A stretch of 32,000 bases of DNA from Nitrosomonas europaea (GTDB taxonomy: Bacteria; Pseudomonadota; Gammaproteobacteria; Burkholderiales; Nitrosomonadaceae). The stretch spans positions 914-32,913 of the forward strand of contig NZ_FUWK01000032.1 in NCBI RefSeq assembly GCF_900167395.1, given 5' to 3'. The notes beneath the pieces are model-generated. The model saw only the letters and a program-made list of their open reading frames with translations. It was not told where the DNA came from and did not search any database. Both the position numbers and the translations under genes were made by a program. Below are positions 17,791 to 27,099 of this stretch, piece after piece (positions within the stretch are counted from its first letter, which is position 1; each line of letters starts with the position of its first letter).

Positions 17791-18408
17791 TCAAAAAAAG
17801 CTTTCAGGAATAACCAGCACATCGCCCTGGTAAACCGGAACATTGGCGGAGATATCACCATCCCGAATCAGGTCTTCCAGTCTGACCCGGAATTGCTGCT
17901 GTTCACCATCGACATTCCGAATAATTCTTGCTCTGTTTCCTGCTGCAAAATCAGTCAACCCTCCCACCGCAATCATGACATCCATCAATGACATGTTTTC
18001 CCGGTAAGGTAATGCCTGTGGTTGCGCTGCCTCGCCGATCACCCGGATCTGCTCACTGAACGGTCCGACGAAACCAGTTATAACGACGGTGACTACCGGC
18101 TGCTGTAAATATTTAGAAAGAGTCTCTTCGATATTACGTGCCAGTTCGGTTGAAGTCTTTCCACTTGCCGGCAAATCCTCTACGAGTGGTGTAGTAATCT
18201 TCCCGTCCGGACGCACCGGCACACTCATGGATATTTCCGGATTGCGCCAAACGATGATATTTAATGTGTCACCCGGTCCGATCAGATAATCATGCGGCAC
18301 CTGTTCACCTTGAGTAGAAAGTAATGGATAAGTCGTGCAACCACCGAGTGCAAGCAGATAAAAAATGACTGATAGACTGACTATCCAGGCTTTAATGGAA
18401 ATATTCAC
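17791..18408 (-). CDS. epsE: polysaccharide export protein (Wza/Poly_export-like), EpsE type
   Basis: 205 aa with a lipoprotein-like signal (LLALGGC). The block YLIGPGDTLNIIVW matches the PGD motif of the Poly_export domain. GTG start at 18408 has GAGGG 6 nt upstream. This is the first gene of the operon. Confidence 0.8.
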   Translation of the reverse strand: MNISIKAWIVSLSVIFYLLALGGCTTYPLLSTQGEQVPHDYLIGPGDTLNIIVWRNPEISMSVPVRPDGKITTPLVEDLPASGKTSTELARNIEETLSKYLQQPVVTVVITGFVGPFSEQIRVIGEAAQPQALPYRENMSLMDVMIAVGGLTDFAAGNRARIIRNVDGEQQQFRVRLEDLIRDGDISANVPVYQGDVLVIPESFF

Positions 18409-19235
18409 TCGAAACCCTCAATAAAAAACAAATATGTCTCTAACCCCGGTTCTCACTACAATAACTACAGCTGCATATATTACTATTACTCGCCTGCAAA
18501 CCGAGTGTTAACTTATGTTTATCTATCAGTTCAGCAGCGTTCCGTAAAAATAACCGGAGCCGTAACGAAAAATCTGCTTGTGACAACGGAACAACTTATT
18601 ACACTTTTAAATAGCGGGATATGACTAATATCACTTTTTTTCACCCGGATATGGCACCAGATAAACATAACTCCGCTACCCATCAGAAATATTACGATTG
18701 AACCATATCGATAAATCAACCATCTAATATTTTTTAACACGACAGGCATTTTGGGAGTTATACAGTACACATTTACAACAGTGACCGACTGATCCAGGAT
18801 TGCTGCTAGTGTTTCCCTTCTCCGGCATGACATCGATGAGGTCTTGAACCAAACGATGTAAATTCTACTCTGAGCACTTCTCCACCCACTTTCTTGGCCA
18901 TTTCTCGAAATTCGGTAACATGTATCTCGGCCGGAACAATAAAAACTTGAACTTCCCCCGACTTATAATGAACTGTAATTTTCATACCCCCCCGATGATA
19001 AGTTCATATCCGCTCAGACAAACGACTCTACCCGCTTGATGGAATGCTTCACTTCTTCAGCGCCGGTATTTGCCTTTTACATTTTTGCCTTTTAATATAA
19101 TTAGATGTAAATCGTCTGCTCTGCCATACTGGCTGCCGGCTTTAAACTGTAGCTTTTTCTTATTAAATCCCGGCAGAAATTCCCCAGATTCTAGATTGTT
19201 CAGATCAATTCAAATTCAGGATTAATAAAGCATTT
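18409..19235. promoter_or_regulatory. 827-bp AT-rich divergent intergenic region, presumed to hold the promoters of the eps operon (minus) and ettA (plus)
   Basis: It is flanked by divergently transcribed epsE and ettA, and no ORF with a recognisable family lies in it. TTTGCCTTTTA occurs twice (19069-19079 and 19084-19094) and is followed by TATAAT at 19096-19101. No transcription start site can be assigned from sequence alone. Confidence 0.4.
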
Positions 19236-20903
19236 ATGGCCCAATACGTTTTAATTATGAATCGCGTCGGCAAAATCGTTCCTCCCAAACGCGTCATTCT
19301 CAAAGATATCTCGCTGAGTTTCTTTCCAGGAGCAAAAATCGGCCTGCTCGGCCTGAATGGTTCTGGTAAATCTACCCTGTTAAAAATCATGGCCGGCGTG
19401 GATAAAGATTTTGAAGGGGAATGTACACCCATGCCAGATCTCAAGATTGGCTACCTGCCGCAGGAACCGCAACTGGATCCCAAACTTACCGTGCGCGAAA
19501 CAGTTCAGGAAGGGCTGGGAGACGTGTTCAACGCACAACAACAACTGGAAGCGGTTTATGCAGCCTATGCCGAACCAGATGCTGATTTCGAAGTACTGGC
19601 AGCCGAACAGTCACGACTGGAAGCAATACTAACGACACAAAATGGGGATAATTTATCCCAACAGATGGAGATAGCCGCTGATGCACTGCGCCTCCCGGAA
19701 TGGGATGCTCATATCGAGCACCTTTCAGGAGGAGAAAAACGTCGCGTTGCACTCTGCAGACTGCTTCTATCCAAGCCGGACATGCTGCTTTTGGATGAGC
19801 CTACCAACCATCTGGATGCGGAATCAGTCGAATGGCTCGAGCAGTTTCTTGCACGTTTCCCCGGCACAGTAGTAGCCGTTACACACGACCGGTATTTCCT
19901 GGATAACGCAGCAGAATGGATACTGGAGCTGGATCGCGGCCACGGTATCCCCTGGAAAGGAAACTATTCAAGCTGGCTGGAACAGAAAGAAACACGCCTG
20001 AAACAGGAAGAAAGTGCAGAATCCGCCCGCCAGAAATCACTCAAACAAGAGCTGGAATGGGTACGGCAAAATCCCAAAGGCAGGCAAGCGAAATCCAAGG
20101 CCCGCCTGGCCCGGTTTGAAGAACTCAGTTCCCAGGAATACCAGAAACGCAACGAAACACAAGAGATCTTCATTCCCGTCGCAGACAGACTGGGAAATGA
20201 AGTCATTGAATTTATCAATGTCTCCAAGGGATTTGGAGATCGCCTGCTGATTGACAATCTGAATTTCAGAATACCGCCTGGTGCAATCGTTGGAATCATC
20301 GGCCCCAATGGTGCCGGAAAATCCACCCTATTCCGCATGATTACGGGAAAAGAACAGCCGGATACAGGTGAGATCAAAATAGGTGAAACAGTCAAAATCG
20401 CCCATGTGGATCAGTCACGTGATGCTCTGTCCGATAGTCAGACCGTATTCCAGGCCATCTCGGGCGGAAACGACATGCTCATCGTCGGAAAATATGAAGT
20501 ACCTGCACGCGCCTACCTTGGCCGCTTCAATTTCAAAGGTCCTGACCAGCAGAAAATTACCGGGACACTTTCCGGTGGTGAACGAGGCCGGCTGCACCTT
20601 GCCAAAACACTGATAGCGGGAGGTAACGTATTGCTGCTGGACGAACCTTCCAATGACCTGGATGTAGAAACATTGAGAGCACTGGAAAATGCCTTGCTGG
20701 AATTTGCCGGTTGTGTGCTGGTGATTTCTCATGATCGCTGGTTCCTGGATCGCATTGCCACCCATATCCTGGCCTTTGAAGGCAATTCACAAGTCACGTT
20801 TTTTACAGGCAACTACCAGGAATACGAAGCCGATAAACGCCAACGCCTTGGAGAAGAAGCGGCCAAACCCAAACGAATTCGCTACAAACCGATTACACGT
20901 TGA
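19236..20903 (+). CDS. ettA: energy-dependent translational throttle protein EttA (ABC-F ATPase)
   Basis: 555 aa. N-terminus [29 protein letters not shown]. Two ABC cassettes are present: [20 protein letters not shown] and [20 protein letters not shown]. Confidence 0.9.
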   Translation: MAQYVLIMNRVGKIVPPKRVILKDISLSFFPGAKIGLLGLNGSGKSTLLKIMAGVDKDFEGECTPMPDLKIGYLPQEPQLDPKLTVRETVQEGLGDVFNAQQQLEAVYAAYAEPDADFEVLAAEQSRLEAILTTQNGDNLSQQMEIAADALRLPEWDAHIEHLSGGEKRRVALCRLLLSKPDMLLLDEPTNHLDAESVEWLEQFLARFPGTVVAVTHDRYFLDNAAEWILELDRGHGIPWKGNYSSWLEQKETRLKQEESAESARQKSLKQELEWVRQNPKGRQAKSKARLARFEELSSQEYQKRNETQEIFIPVADRLGNEVIEFINVSKGFGDRLLIDNLNFRIPPGAIVGIIGPNGAGKSTLFRMITGKEQPDTGEIKIGETVKIAHVDQSRDALSDSQTVFQAISGGNDMLIVGKYEVPARAYLGRFNFKGPDQQKITGTLSGGERGRLHLAKTLIAGGNVLLLDEPSNDLDVETLRALENALLEFAGCVLVISHDRWFLDRIATHILAFEGNSQVTFFTGNYQEYEADKRQRLGEEAAKPKRIRYKPITR

Positions 20904-20970
20904 CCAGTCGCTTGCGCTCAGCAATTCCATAAAAACTCAACCTTTACTGTAATTTACTGTATACTTACCG

Positions 20971-21000
20971 CCCTGCCTCTATCAAGTCAAGGCAGGGTTT
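20971..21000 (+). terminator. candidate intrinsic terminator after ettA
   Basis: CCCTGCCT (20971-20978) pairs with AGGCAGGG (20990-20997) around an 11-nt loop. The tail TTTCAGGTTTC is only a weak U-tract. Confidence 0.4.
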
Positions 21001-21164
21001 CAGGTTTCATCGTTTCTGACCTCTCCAGATTTTTCTTCTCGAAATTGTGCAGTATCCCTGGTTAGCAGCGATGTTTTATAGATATGCGCCAGCGGTACCA
21101 GCATTGTTTGCTGCGGTATATTCCTGTTCGCGCATTAAATTTCTTCATTATCAGGAAAACCAAA

Positions 21165-22538
21165 GTGTCATTTGAAAATTTGAATCTGCATCCCGCAATC
21201 GTAAAAGCCGTACTGGCAGCGGGTTATACTGCCCCCACCCCCATTCAGCAGCAAGCCATTCCGGATCTGATCGCAGGCCATGATGTCATGGCAAGTGCAC
21301 AGACCGGAACCGGCAAAACAGCCGCCTTCATGCTGCCGGCATTGCATCGTCTGGCCACACCCGCACAAATTCGCGGACGTGGCCCGCGCATACTGGTTCT
21401 GACACCAACACGTGAACTGGCTCTGCAGGTTTCCGATGCTGCCAGCAAATATGGAAAATTCCTGCCACGTATCAATGTCGTCAGTATTCTGGGCGGTATG
21501 CCCTACCCCCTGCAAAATAAACTCCTGTCACAAACCGTCGATGTACTGGTCGCCACACCCGGGCGTTTGATCGATCACATCGAACGCGGGCGGATAGATT
21601 TTTCGCGGCTGGAAATGCTGGTACTGGACGAAGCAGATCGCATGCTGGATATGGGGTTCATCCAGGATGTCGAGCGCATCGCTCTCTCGACACCCGCAAC
21701 CAGGCAAACGCTGCTGTTCTCGGCAACGCTGGACGTTGCAATCGAGAAAATCGCCACACGTCTGCTGAAAGCACCGAAACGCATTCAGGTGGCTGCTCAG
21801 CATACCAAACTCGATCACATCGAACAGCGTATGCATTATGTAGATGATCTCACGCACAAAAACAGGTTACTGGACCATCTGCTGCGTGACACCACCATCA
21901 AACAGGCAATCGTATTTACTGCAACGAAACGTGATGCCGATTCCCTCGCAGATAATCTTTCTTCCCAGGGACACAAGGCTGCCGCCATGCACGGAGACAT
22001 GACGCAGCGTGAACGTACACGCACTCTGACCGGCCTGCGTCAGGGCCGGCTCAAGATTCTGGTGGCTACGGATGTCGCCGCACGCGGAATCGATATTGCC
22101 GACATTACCCATGTCATCAATTTCGATTTGCCAAAGTTTGCAGAAGACTATGTGCATCGGATCGGGCGGACCGGCCGGGCTGGCGCTTCCGGTATCGCAG
22201 TTTCGTTCGCATCCGGGAAAGATGTTGCTCATCTGAAGAGAATCGAACGGTTTACCGGCAATCGCTTTGAATTTCATGTCATACCCGGTATAGAACCACG
22301 TACCAAACCAAGATTTGGTCGTAGTGACGACAAACCAGGAAGAAGACCATCTTCCTCTGCTGCTGCACACAAAACCAGACGTTCATGGTCGGACAATCCC
22401 AATACACGCACGGCTTCCCCAGGTCACCGAGGAGACAAAGATGCTGGGTTCGGGCAACCATTTGGTCGTGAAACCCGTAAACGTCCGTTCAGGGACAGCA
22501 AATTCAACAGCGCCGATCGTTTTGCCCGCACGGAGTAA
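21165..22538 (+). CDS. rhlE: DEAD-box ATP-dependent RNA helicase (RhlE-like)
   Basis: Motifs: Q motif GYTAPTPIQQQAIP, AQTGTGKT, PTRELA, VLDEADRMLDMGF, SAT, HRIGRTGRAG, plus a basic Arg/Ser-rich C-terminal tail. I prefer the GTG at 21165 (AGGA 8 nt upstream, VSFENLNL...) over the upstream ATG at 21084. Confidence 0.85.
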   Translation: MSFENLNLHPAIVKAVLAAGYTAPTPIQQQAIPDLIAGHDVMASAQTGTGKTAAFMLPALHRLATPAQIRGRGPRILVLTPTRELALQVSDAASKYGKFLPRINVVSILGGMPYPLQNKLLSQTVDVLVATPGRLIDHIERGRIDFSRLEMLVLDEADRMLDMGFIQDVERIALSTPATRQTLLFSATLDVAIEKIATRLLKAPKRIQVAAQHTKLDHIEQRMHYVDDLTHKNRLLDHLLRDTTIKQAIVFTATKRDADSLADNLSSQGHKAAAMHGDMTQRERTRTLTGLRQGRLKILVATDVAARGIDIADITHVINFDLPKFAEDYVHRIGRTGRAGASGIAVSFASGKDVAHLKRIERFTGNRFEFHVIPGIEPRTKPRFGRSDDKPGRRPSSSAAAHKTRRSWSDNPNTRTASPGHRGDKDAGFGQPFGRETRKRPFRDSKFNSADRFARTE

Positions 22539-22691
22539 AACTGGATCTCCCGGGTATTGATTGTCACGTCGATACCCGGGTCATTTAGCTCGCTGCGTAA
22601 CTCACCACATGATTTATGTCGCTTTCTCCCGCCTGACAACCCACATACTGGCATTCATGCCGGAAAAATCTGCACATGATCTGTTCAGAAC

Positions 22692-24041
22692 TCAGAAAAG
22701 TGCGCTGACAGCTTCTTCTACTCGCTCCACAGCGATGATTTCGATTCCTTTGACAGCTTGCCTGGATTGATTGGCCTTTGGAATCACCGCACAGGTAAAA
22801 CCCAGTTTGGCAGCTTCTTTAATCCGCTCCTGTCCTCGCTGTACCGGCCGTACTTCACCTGCCAGTCCAATTTCTCCAAATATGACTGTTTTTTCAGGCA
22901 GAACCCGATTCTTCAATGACGAAACGATCGCCAGCATTACCGCCAGATCAGCTCCTGGCTCAGTAATTTTGACCCCCCCGACCGCATTGATGAAAATATC
23001 CTGATCGAAACAGGGGATACCGGCATGACGATGCAACACCGCCAACAACATTGCCAACCGGTTCTGTTCCAGTCCAACACACAATCTTCTGGGGCTGGGT
23101 GCATGTGCCTCATCCACCAGTGCCTGGATTTCCACCAGCAGAGGACGTGTGCCCTCTTGCGTTACCATCACACAAGTACCCGCTACACGCACACTATGGT
23201 GAGAAAGAAACAACGCTGAAGGATTTCCCACTTCCCGCAATCCTTTTTCAGTCATGGCAAAGACACCCAGCTCGTTAACTGCCCCAAAACGGTTTTTGAA
23301 AGCACGAATCAAACGAAATGTTGAATGCGTATCTCCTTCAAAATAGAGCACCGTATCCACCATGTGCTCCAGAACACGCGGCCCGGCCAATGCACCATCC
23401 TTGGTTACATGCCCTACCAGTACGATACAGGTACCACTGGTTTTAGCGAATCGGGTCAATCGTGCTGCACATTCACGCACCTGAGCCACCGAACCGGGTG
23501 CAGACTGTAATGTTTCGGAATAAATTGTCTGAATCGAATCGATAATTGCGATACGCGGACGATGCTCAGCCAGAATCGATTGGATCGCCTCCAGCCGGAT
23601 CTCGGTCAACAAATCAACCCTGGCCACATCCAGAGACAGCCGCCTTGCACGCAACGCTACCTGCTGCATGGATTCTTCACCGCTGACGTACAACACCCGA
23701 TGATGAACAGACATTCGGGACAATGCCTGTAGCAACAACGTCGATTTACCTATACCCGGATCGCCACCTAATAACACAACCCCGCCTTGTACCAGCCCCC
23801 CTCCCAGCACCCTGTCAAACTCATCCATTCCCGTCAGGAAACGAGGCATATCCTCAGTCTCGACCTCGCTCAAACTCAACACCTGCTTCTGCATCGAATC
23901 TGGCGAAAAACGCAGTACATTCTTCTCTTGTACAGTCTCAGTCAGCGTATTCCATTCACGGCAATGCGGGCACTGACCCTGCCATTTCAAAGTCTGTCCG
24001 CCACAAGAATTGCAAACGTAAAGTGTCTTGAGCCTGGTCAT
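22692..24041 (-). CDS. radA: DNA repair protein RadA/Sms
   Basis: 449 aa. Features: zinc finger CNSCGGQTLKWQGQCPHC, Walker A GDPGIGKST, the KNRFG motif (AFKNRFGAVNE), and a Lon-protease-like C-terminal domain. Confidence 0.95.
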   Translation of the reverse strand: MTRLKTLYVCNSCGGQTLKWQGQCPHCREWNTLTETVQEKNVLRFSPDSMQKQVLSLSEVETEDMPRFLTGMDEFDRVLGGGLVQGGVVLLGGDPGIGKSTLLLQALSRMSVHHRVLYVSGEESMQQVALRARRLSLDVARVDLLTEIRLEAIQSILAEHRPRIAIIDSIQTIYSETLQSAPGSVAQVRECAARLTRFAKTSGTCIVLVGHVTKDGALAGPRVLEHMVDTVLYFEGDTHSTFRLIRAFKNRFGAVNELGVFAMTEKGLREVGNPSALFLSHHSVRVAGTCVMVTQEGTRPLLVEIQALVDEAHAPSPRRLCVGLEQNRLAMLLAVLHRHAGIPCFDQDIFINAVGGVKITEPGADLAVMLAIVSSLKNRVLPEKTVIFGEIGLAGEVRPVQRGQERIKEAAKLGFTCAVIPKANQSRQAVKGIEIIAVERVEEAVSALF

Positions 24042-24215
24042 GAACAGATCACATAACTGGAATTTTCGGATAGATGACAGTAAAGCCCGCTATTACGACC
24101 AGCGCGCTCTTGCCAGATAGAACAGTAATACAAGTGATAACCCTTTACGCAAAGCAGCTCGACGATAAACAGGCTGAAAAACTGATAAAATAGCACCCGT
24201 TGTTCGCCGCAAACC

Positions 24216-24308
24216 GGAGAGGTACCGAAGTGGCCATAACGGCGCTGACTCGAAATCAGATGGTCAGGATTTCCTGGCACGTGGGTTCGAATCCCACCCT
24301 CTCCGCCA
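24216..24308 (+). tRNA. tRNA-Ser (anticodon CGA), type II with a long variable arm and encoded CCA
   Basis: Acceptor stem GGAGAGG/CCTCTCC, discriminator G, then CCA. Anticodon loop CTCGAAA. Variable arm CAGG-ATTT-CCTG. T-arm GTGGG-TTCGAAT-CCCAC. Confidence 0.9.
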
Positions 24309-24754
24309 AATGCCAAGTATATATCAAACATTTTCCACCCTCGCCAGATAGCCCTGAGTAACCACATCCTCCAGCAGCAAAGCAGAATAAAACCAGAATA
24401 GGTTTATACCCTTTTACTTCTTACCCTACTTCCCCGTAATAAAACTGACTGATCCACTCATTGCAACCAGAGAACCCGAAAGCTGTATCACAGCAGCTGT
24501 GCTCGGTCACATTTCAGCCGGCGCATCGCGTGATATCAAGGAATGGCTGAAATCGGATCGTTGCCGGTGCTATAATTTCGCAAATCCGACTGGTAATGCT
24601 GCCAAATTTTCAAAAATATCACTTCCGTGTTTCCGGTTTTACCCTTCAATTCCGCACATCTGCTGGTCTTTATGAACGACCGGGACCCTCACCGGCAGTA
24701 TTCATACATCCCAGTATCCACACATAACATCATATTTAATCCGTTGGAGGAATA

Positions 24755-25705
24755 ATGAGTCATACCCTGTATGAAACCAAAACACCGCGTGTACAGCGCT
24801 GCGAACTGGCTGTTCCGGGTTCCCGTCCCGAAATGTTTGAAAAAGCGCTGAAAAGCGGAGTGGACTTCATATTTCTGGATCTGGAGGATGCAGTCGCACC
24901 AGATGACAAGATCCAGGCAAGAAAAAATATCATTCAGGCAATCAATGATCTGGACTGGAAAAGTCACGGTGTCACGCTTTCTGTACGCATCAATGGTCTC
25001 GATACCCAATATATGGTGCGTGATGTGGTCGATCTGGTAGAGCAGGCCGGGCACAAGATCGATACGTTGCTGATTCCCAAAGTAGGTGTTTATGCTGATG
25101 TTTACATGGTCGAAGCCATGCTCAGCCAGCTTGAAATGCAGCAGGGGCTGAAAAACCGAATTGGTGTGGAAGCACTGATCGAAACGGCACTGGGGATGGC
25201 CAATGTTGAAGATATCGCCCGCAGAGGAACGGCCGGGCGTCTGGAAGCATTGCATTTCGGTGTAGCTGACTACGCTGCCAGCAATCGTGCACGTACCACC
25301 AATATCGGCGGGCTCAATCCGGATTATCCAGGGGATCAGTGGCACGCAGCCATCAGCAGAATGACCGTTGCCTGCCGCGCATTCGGCCTGCGACCAATCG
25401 ATGGCCCATTTGGTGACATTCAGGATCCCGAAGGTTACAAACAGGCAGCCAGACGTGCTGCAGCACTGGGTTGTGAAGGTAAATGGGCAATTCATCCGAC
25501 ACAGATCGCGCTGGCCAATGAAGTCTTTACGCCGCCCACAGCAGAAGTCGACAAAGCCAAACGCATTCTGACAGCATTGAAGGAAGCTGCAGCTCAAGGT
25601 AAAGGTGCAGCCTCACTTGATGGCCGCCTGATCGATGCCGCTTCGGAAAGAATGGCAAATAACATCGTCAAAATGGCGGAAGCAATTGCTGCCAAAAGCA
25701 AATAA
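24755..25705 (+). CDS. mcl: malyl-CoA lyase (HpcH/HpaI aldolase / citrate lyase beta-like family)
   Basis: 316 aa with GGAGG 4 nt upstream of the ATG. The blocks ELAVPGS, FLDLEDAVAPDDK, LIETALGMANVE, FGVADYAAS, GLRPIDGPFGD and GKWAIHPTQI match my recollection of Methylobacterium Mcl closely. It lies adjacent to mtkAB-like genes. Confidence 0.8.
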   Translation: MSHTLYETKTPRVQRCELAVPGSRPEMFEKALKSGVDFIFLDLEDAVAPDDKIQARKNIIQAINDLDWKSHGVTLSVRINGLDTQYMVRDVVDLVEQAGHKIDTLLIPKVGVYADVYMVEAMLSQLEMQQGLKNRIGVEALIETALGMANVEDIARRGTAGRLEALHFGVADYAASNRARTTNIGGLNPDYPGDQWHAAISRMTVACRAFGLRPIDGPFGDIQDPEGYKQAARRAAALGCEGKWAIHPTQIALANEVFTPPTAEVDKAKRILTALKEAAAQGKGAASLDGRLIDAASERMANNIVKMAEAIAAKSK

Positions 25706-25780
25706 ACAAGTATCCGGGAAAACGCTGAGAAATTATTGCACACCCAGCCATCTCGCGTTGGAATCAGGTACAAAATGCTC

Positions 25781-25807
25781 GTTTACTCTGCGTAAACCAA
25801 GTTTTTT
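25781..25807 (+). terminator. weak hairpin plus T6, a possible attenuator or partial terminator between mcl and mtkA
   Basis: GTTTAC (25781-25786), loop TCTGC, GTAAAC (25792-25797), then CAAG and TTTTTT (25802-25807). The stem is short and AT-rich. Confidence 0.3.
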
Positions 25808-25896
25808 GCCTGATTTCATCCTGACTGGCTAATTGATCACACCTTTCCAGAATTTTTTCAAATCCAACAATTCCATCAAATTCAAGGGAGAAGATA

Positions 25897-27069
25897 TTGG
25901 ATATCCATGAATATCAGGCCAAGGAAATCCTGGCTGAATACGGTATCAAGCTGGCTGAAGGCGGATTGGCGCACACTGTGGAAGAAGCGGTACAACGCAG
26001 CCGGGAAATCGATGGCAATGTGTGGGTCGTCAAGGCACAAATCCATTCCGGCGCCCGTGGTAAAGCAGGCGGTGTCAAAGTATGCCGGACACATGAAGAA
26101 ATCGAAGTCGCAGCTGAATCACTGCTGGGGAAAAAACTGGTCACACACCAAACCGGCCCGGCGGGTAAACTCTGCTCCAGACTGTATATCGAAGCCGGTA
26201 CCGAAATTGCCCGGGAAGTGTATCTCGCTTTCATGATCGATCGCAGTCATGAACGTATCGTCATGGTGGGTTCCGCACAGGGGGGAATGGATATCGAGAC
26301 CCTGGCAGCCACGAATCCTGATGCCATCAAAAAAATTCACATCGAGCCTGCTGTCGGCCTGCAGGATTTCCAGGCAAGAACCATGGCTTTTGCACTGGGT
26401 CTGGAAGATGTTCTGCTCAATCACGCCGTCAAGACGATCAGAGGTTGCTACCGCGCCATGCGCGATCTGGATGCGAACATACTCGAAATCAACCCGCTGG
26501 TTGTCACGCGCAACAACGAGCTGATCGCACTGGATGCGAAGATGAGCTTTGATGAAAATGCACTGTTCCGGCGCCACCGGATTTCCGAATTGCGTGACAA
26601 CTCACAAATCGATTCGCGCGAAATTGCTGCAGCGGAAGCAGGCTTGAGCTACGTCGGGCTGGATGGAGACATCGGCTGCATGATCAATGGCGCCGGGCTG
26701 GCAATGGCCACCATGGACATGATCAAACTGGCCGGCGGCGAACCGGCCAATTTTCTGGATGTCGGCGGCGGCGCATCTGCCGAGCGAACTGAAAAAGCAT
26801 TCCGGCTGGTACTGGCGGATAACAACGTAAAAGCCATGCTGGTCAATATCTTTGCCGGTATTAACCGCTGTGACTGGATTGCCGAAGGTGTGGTTCAGGC
26901 TGTACGGAATATCGGAATGACGGTCCCTCTGGTCGTGCGCCTGTCTGGCACCAACGTGGAAGAAGGCCGCCGTATCATCGCTGACAGCGGGTTGCCGATC
27001 ATTACTGCAGAAACCCTGGCCGATGCAGCAGAGAAAGTAGTGCACGCTCGCAACCAGGCTGCAGTTTGA
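25897..27069 (+). CDS. mtkA: malate--CoA ligase (malate thiokinase) beta subunit; SucC-like ATP-grasp
   Basis: 390 aa. TTG start is preceded by [21 protein letters not shown] is SucC-like; GINRCDW and the [10 protein letters not shown] blocks are present. The call as malate thiokinase rather than succinyl-CoA synthetase rests on the linkage to mcl and on recalled similarity to MtkA. Confidence 0.7.
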   Translation: MDIHEYQAKEILAEYGIKLAEGGLAHTVEEAVQRSREIDGNVWVVKAQIHSGARGKAGGVKVCRTHEEIEVAAESLLGKKLVTHQTGPAGKLCSRLYIEAGTEIAREVYLAFMIDRSHERIVMVGSAQGGMDIETLAATNPDAIKKIHIEPAVGLQDFQARTMAFALGLEDVLLNHAVKTIRGCYRAMRDLDANILEINPLVVTRNNELIALDAKMSFDENALFRRHRISELRDNSQIDSREIAAAEAGLSYVGLDGDIGCMINGAGLAMATMDMIKLAGGEPANFLDVGGGASAERTEKAFRLVLADNNVKAMLVNIFAGINRCDWIAEGVVQAVRNIGMTVPLVVRLSGTNVEEGRRIIADSGLPIITAETLADAAEKVVHARNQAAV

Positions 27070-27099
27070 ATAACACGAACAAAAAAGGGGAATAGAAAA

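Noticed and set aside
18495-18510. Sigma-54-like element on the minus strand (TAACAC-N5-TTGCA) upstream of epsE; also TGGCAC at 18652-18657 on the plus strand
   Set aside because: The minus-strand site lacks the essential -24 GG. The plus-strand TGGCAC is followed by AAAC rather than TTGC at the -12 position, and it points away from the eps operon.
18531-18833. 100-aa minus-strand ORF in the eps leader region
   Set aside because: It is Cys/Arg-rich with no SD, no family resemblance and no PEP-CTERM tail. It has one hydrophobic stretch only. I kept it merely as part of the leader-region observation.
22549-22580. 9-bp inverted repeat CCCGGGTAT/ATACCCGGG between the convergent helicase and radA genes
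   Set aside because: It could be a bidirectional terminator, but it has a 14-nt loop and no U-tract on either strand. It is too weak to call.
24038-24367. 109-aa minus-strand ORF
   Set aside because: It runs antisense across the tRNA-Ser gene (24216-24308), so it is an artefact.
24689-25597. 302-aa minus-strand ORF
   Set aside because: It is antisense to the well-supported mcl gene. It is Cys/Phe/His-rich and has no start context or family resemblance.
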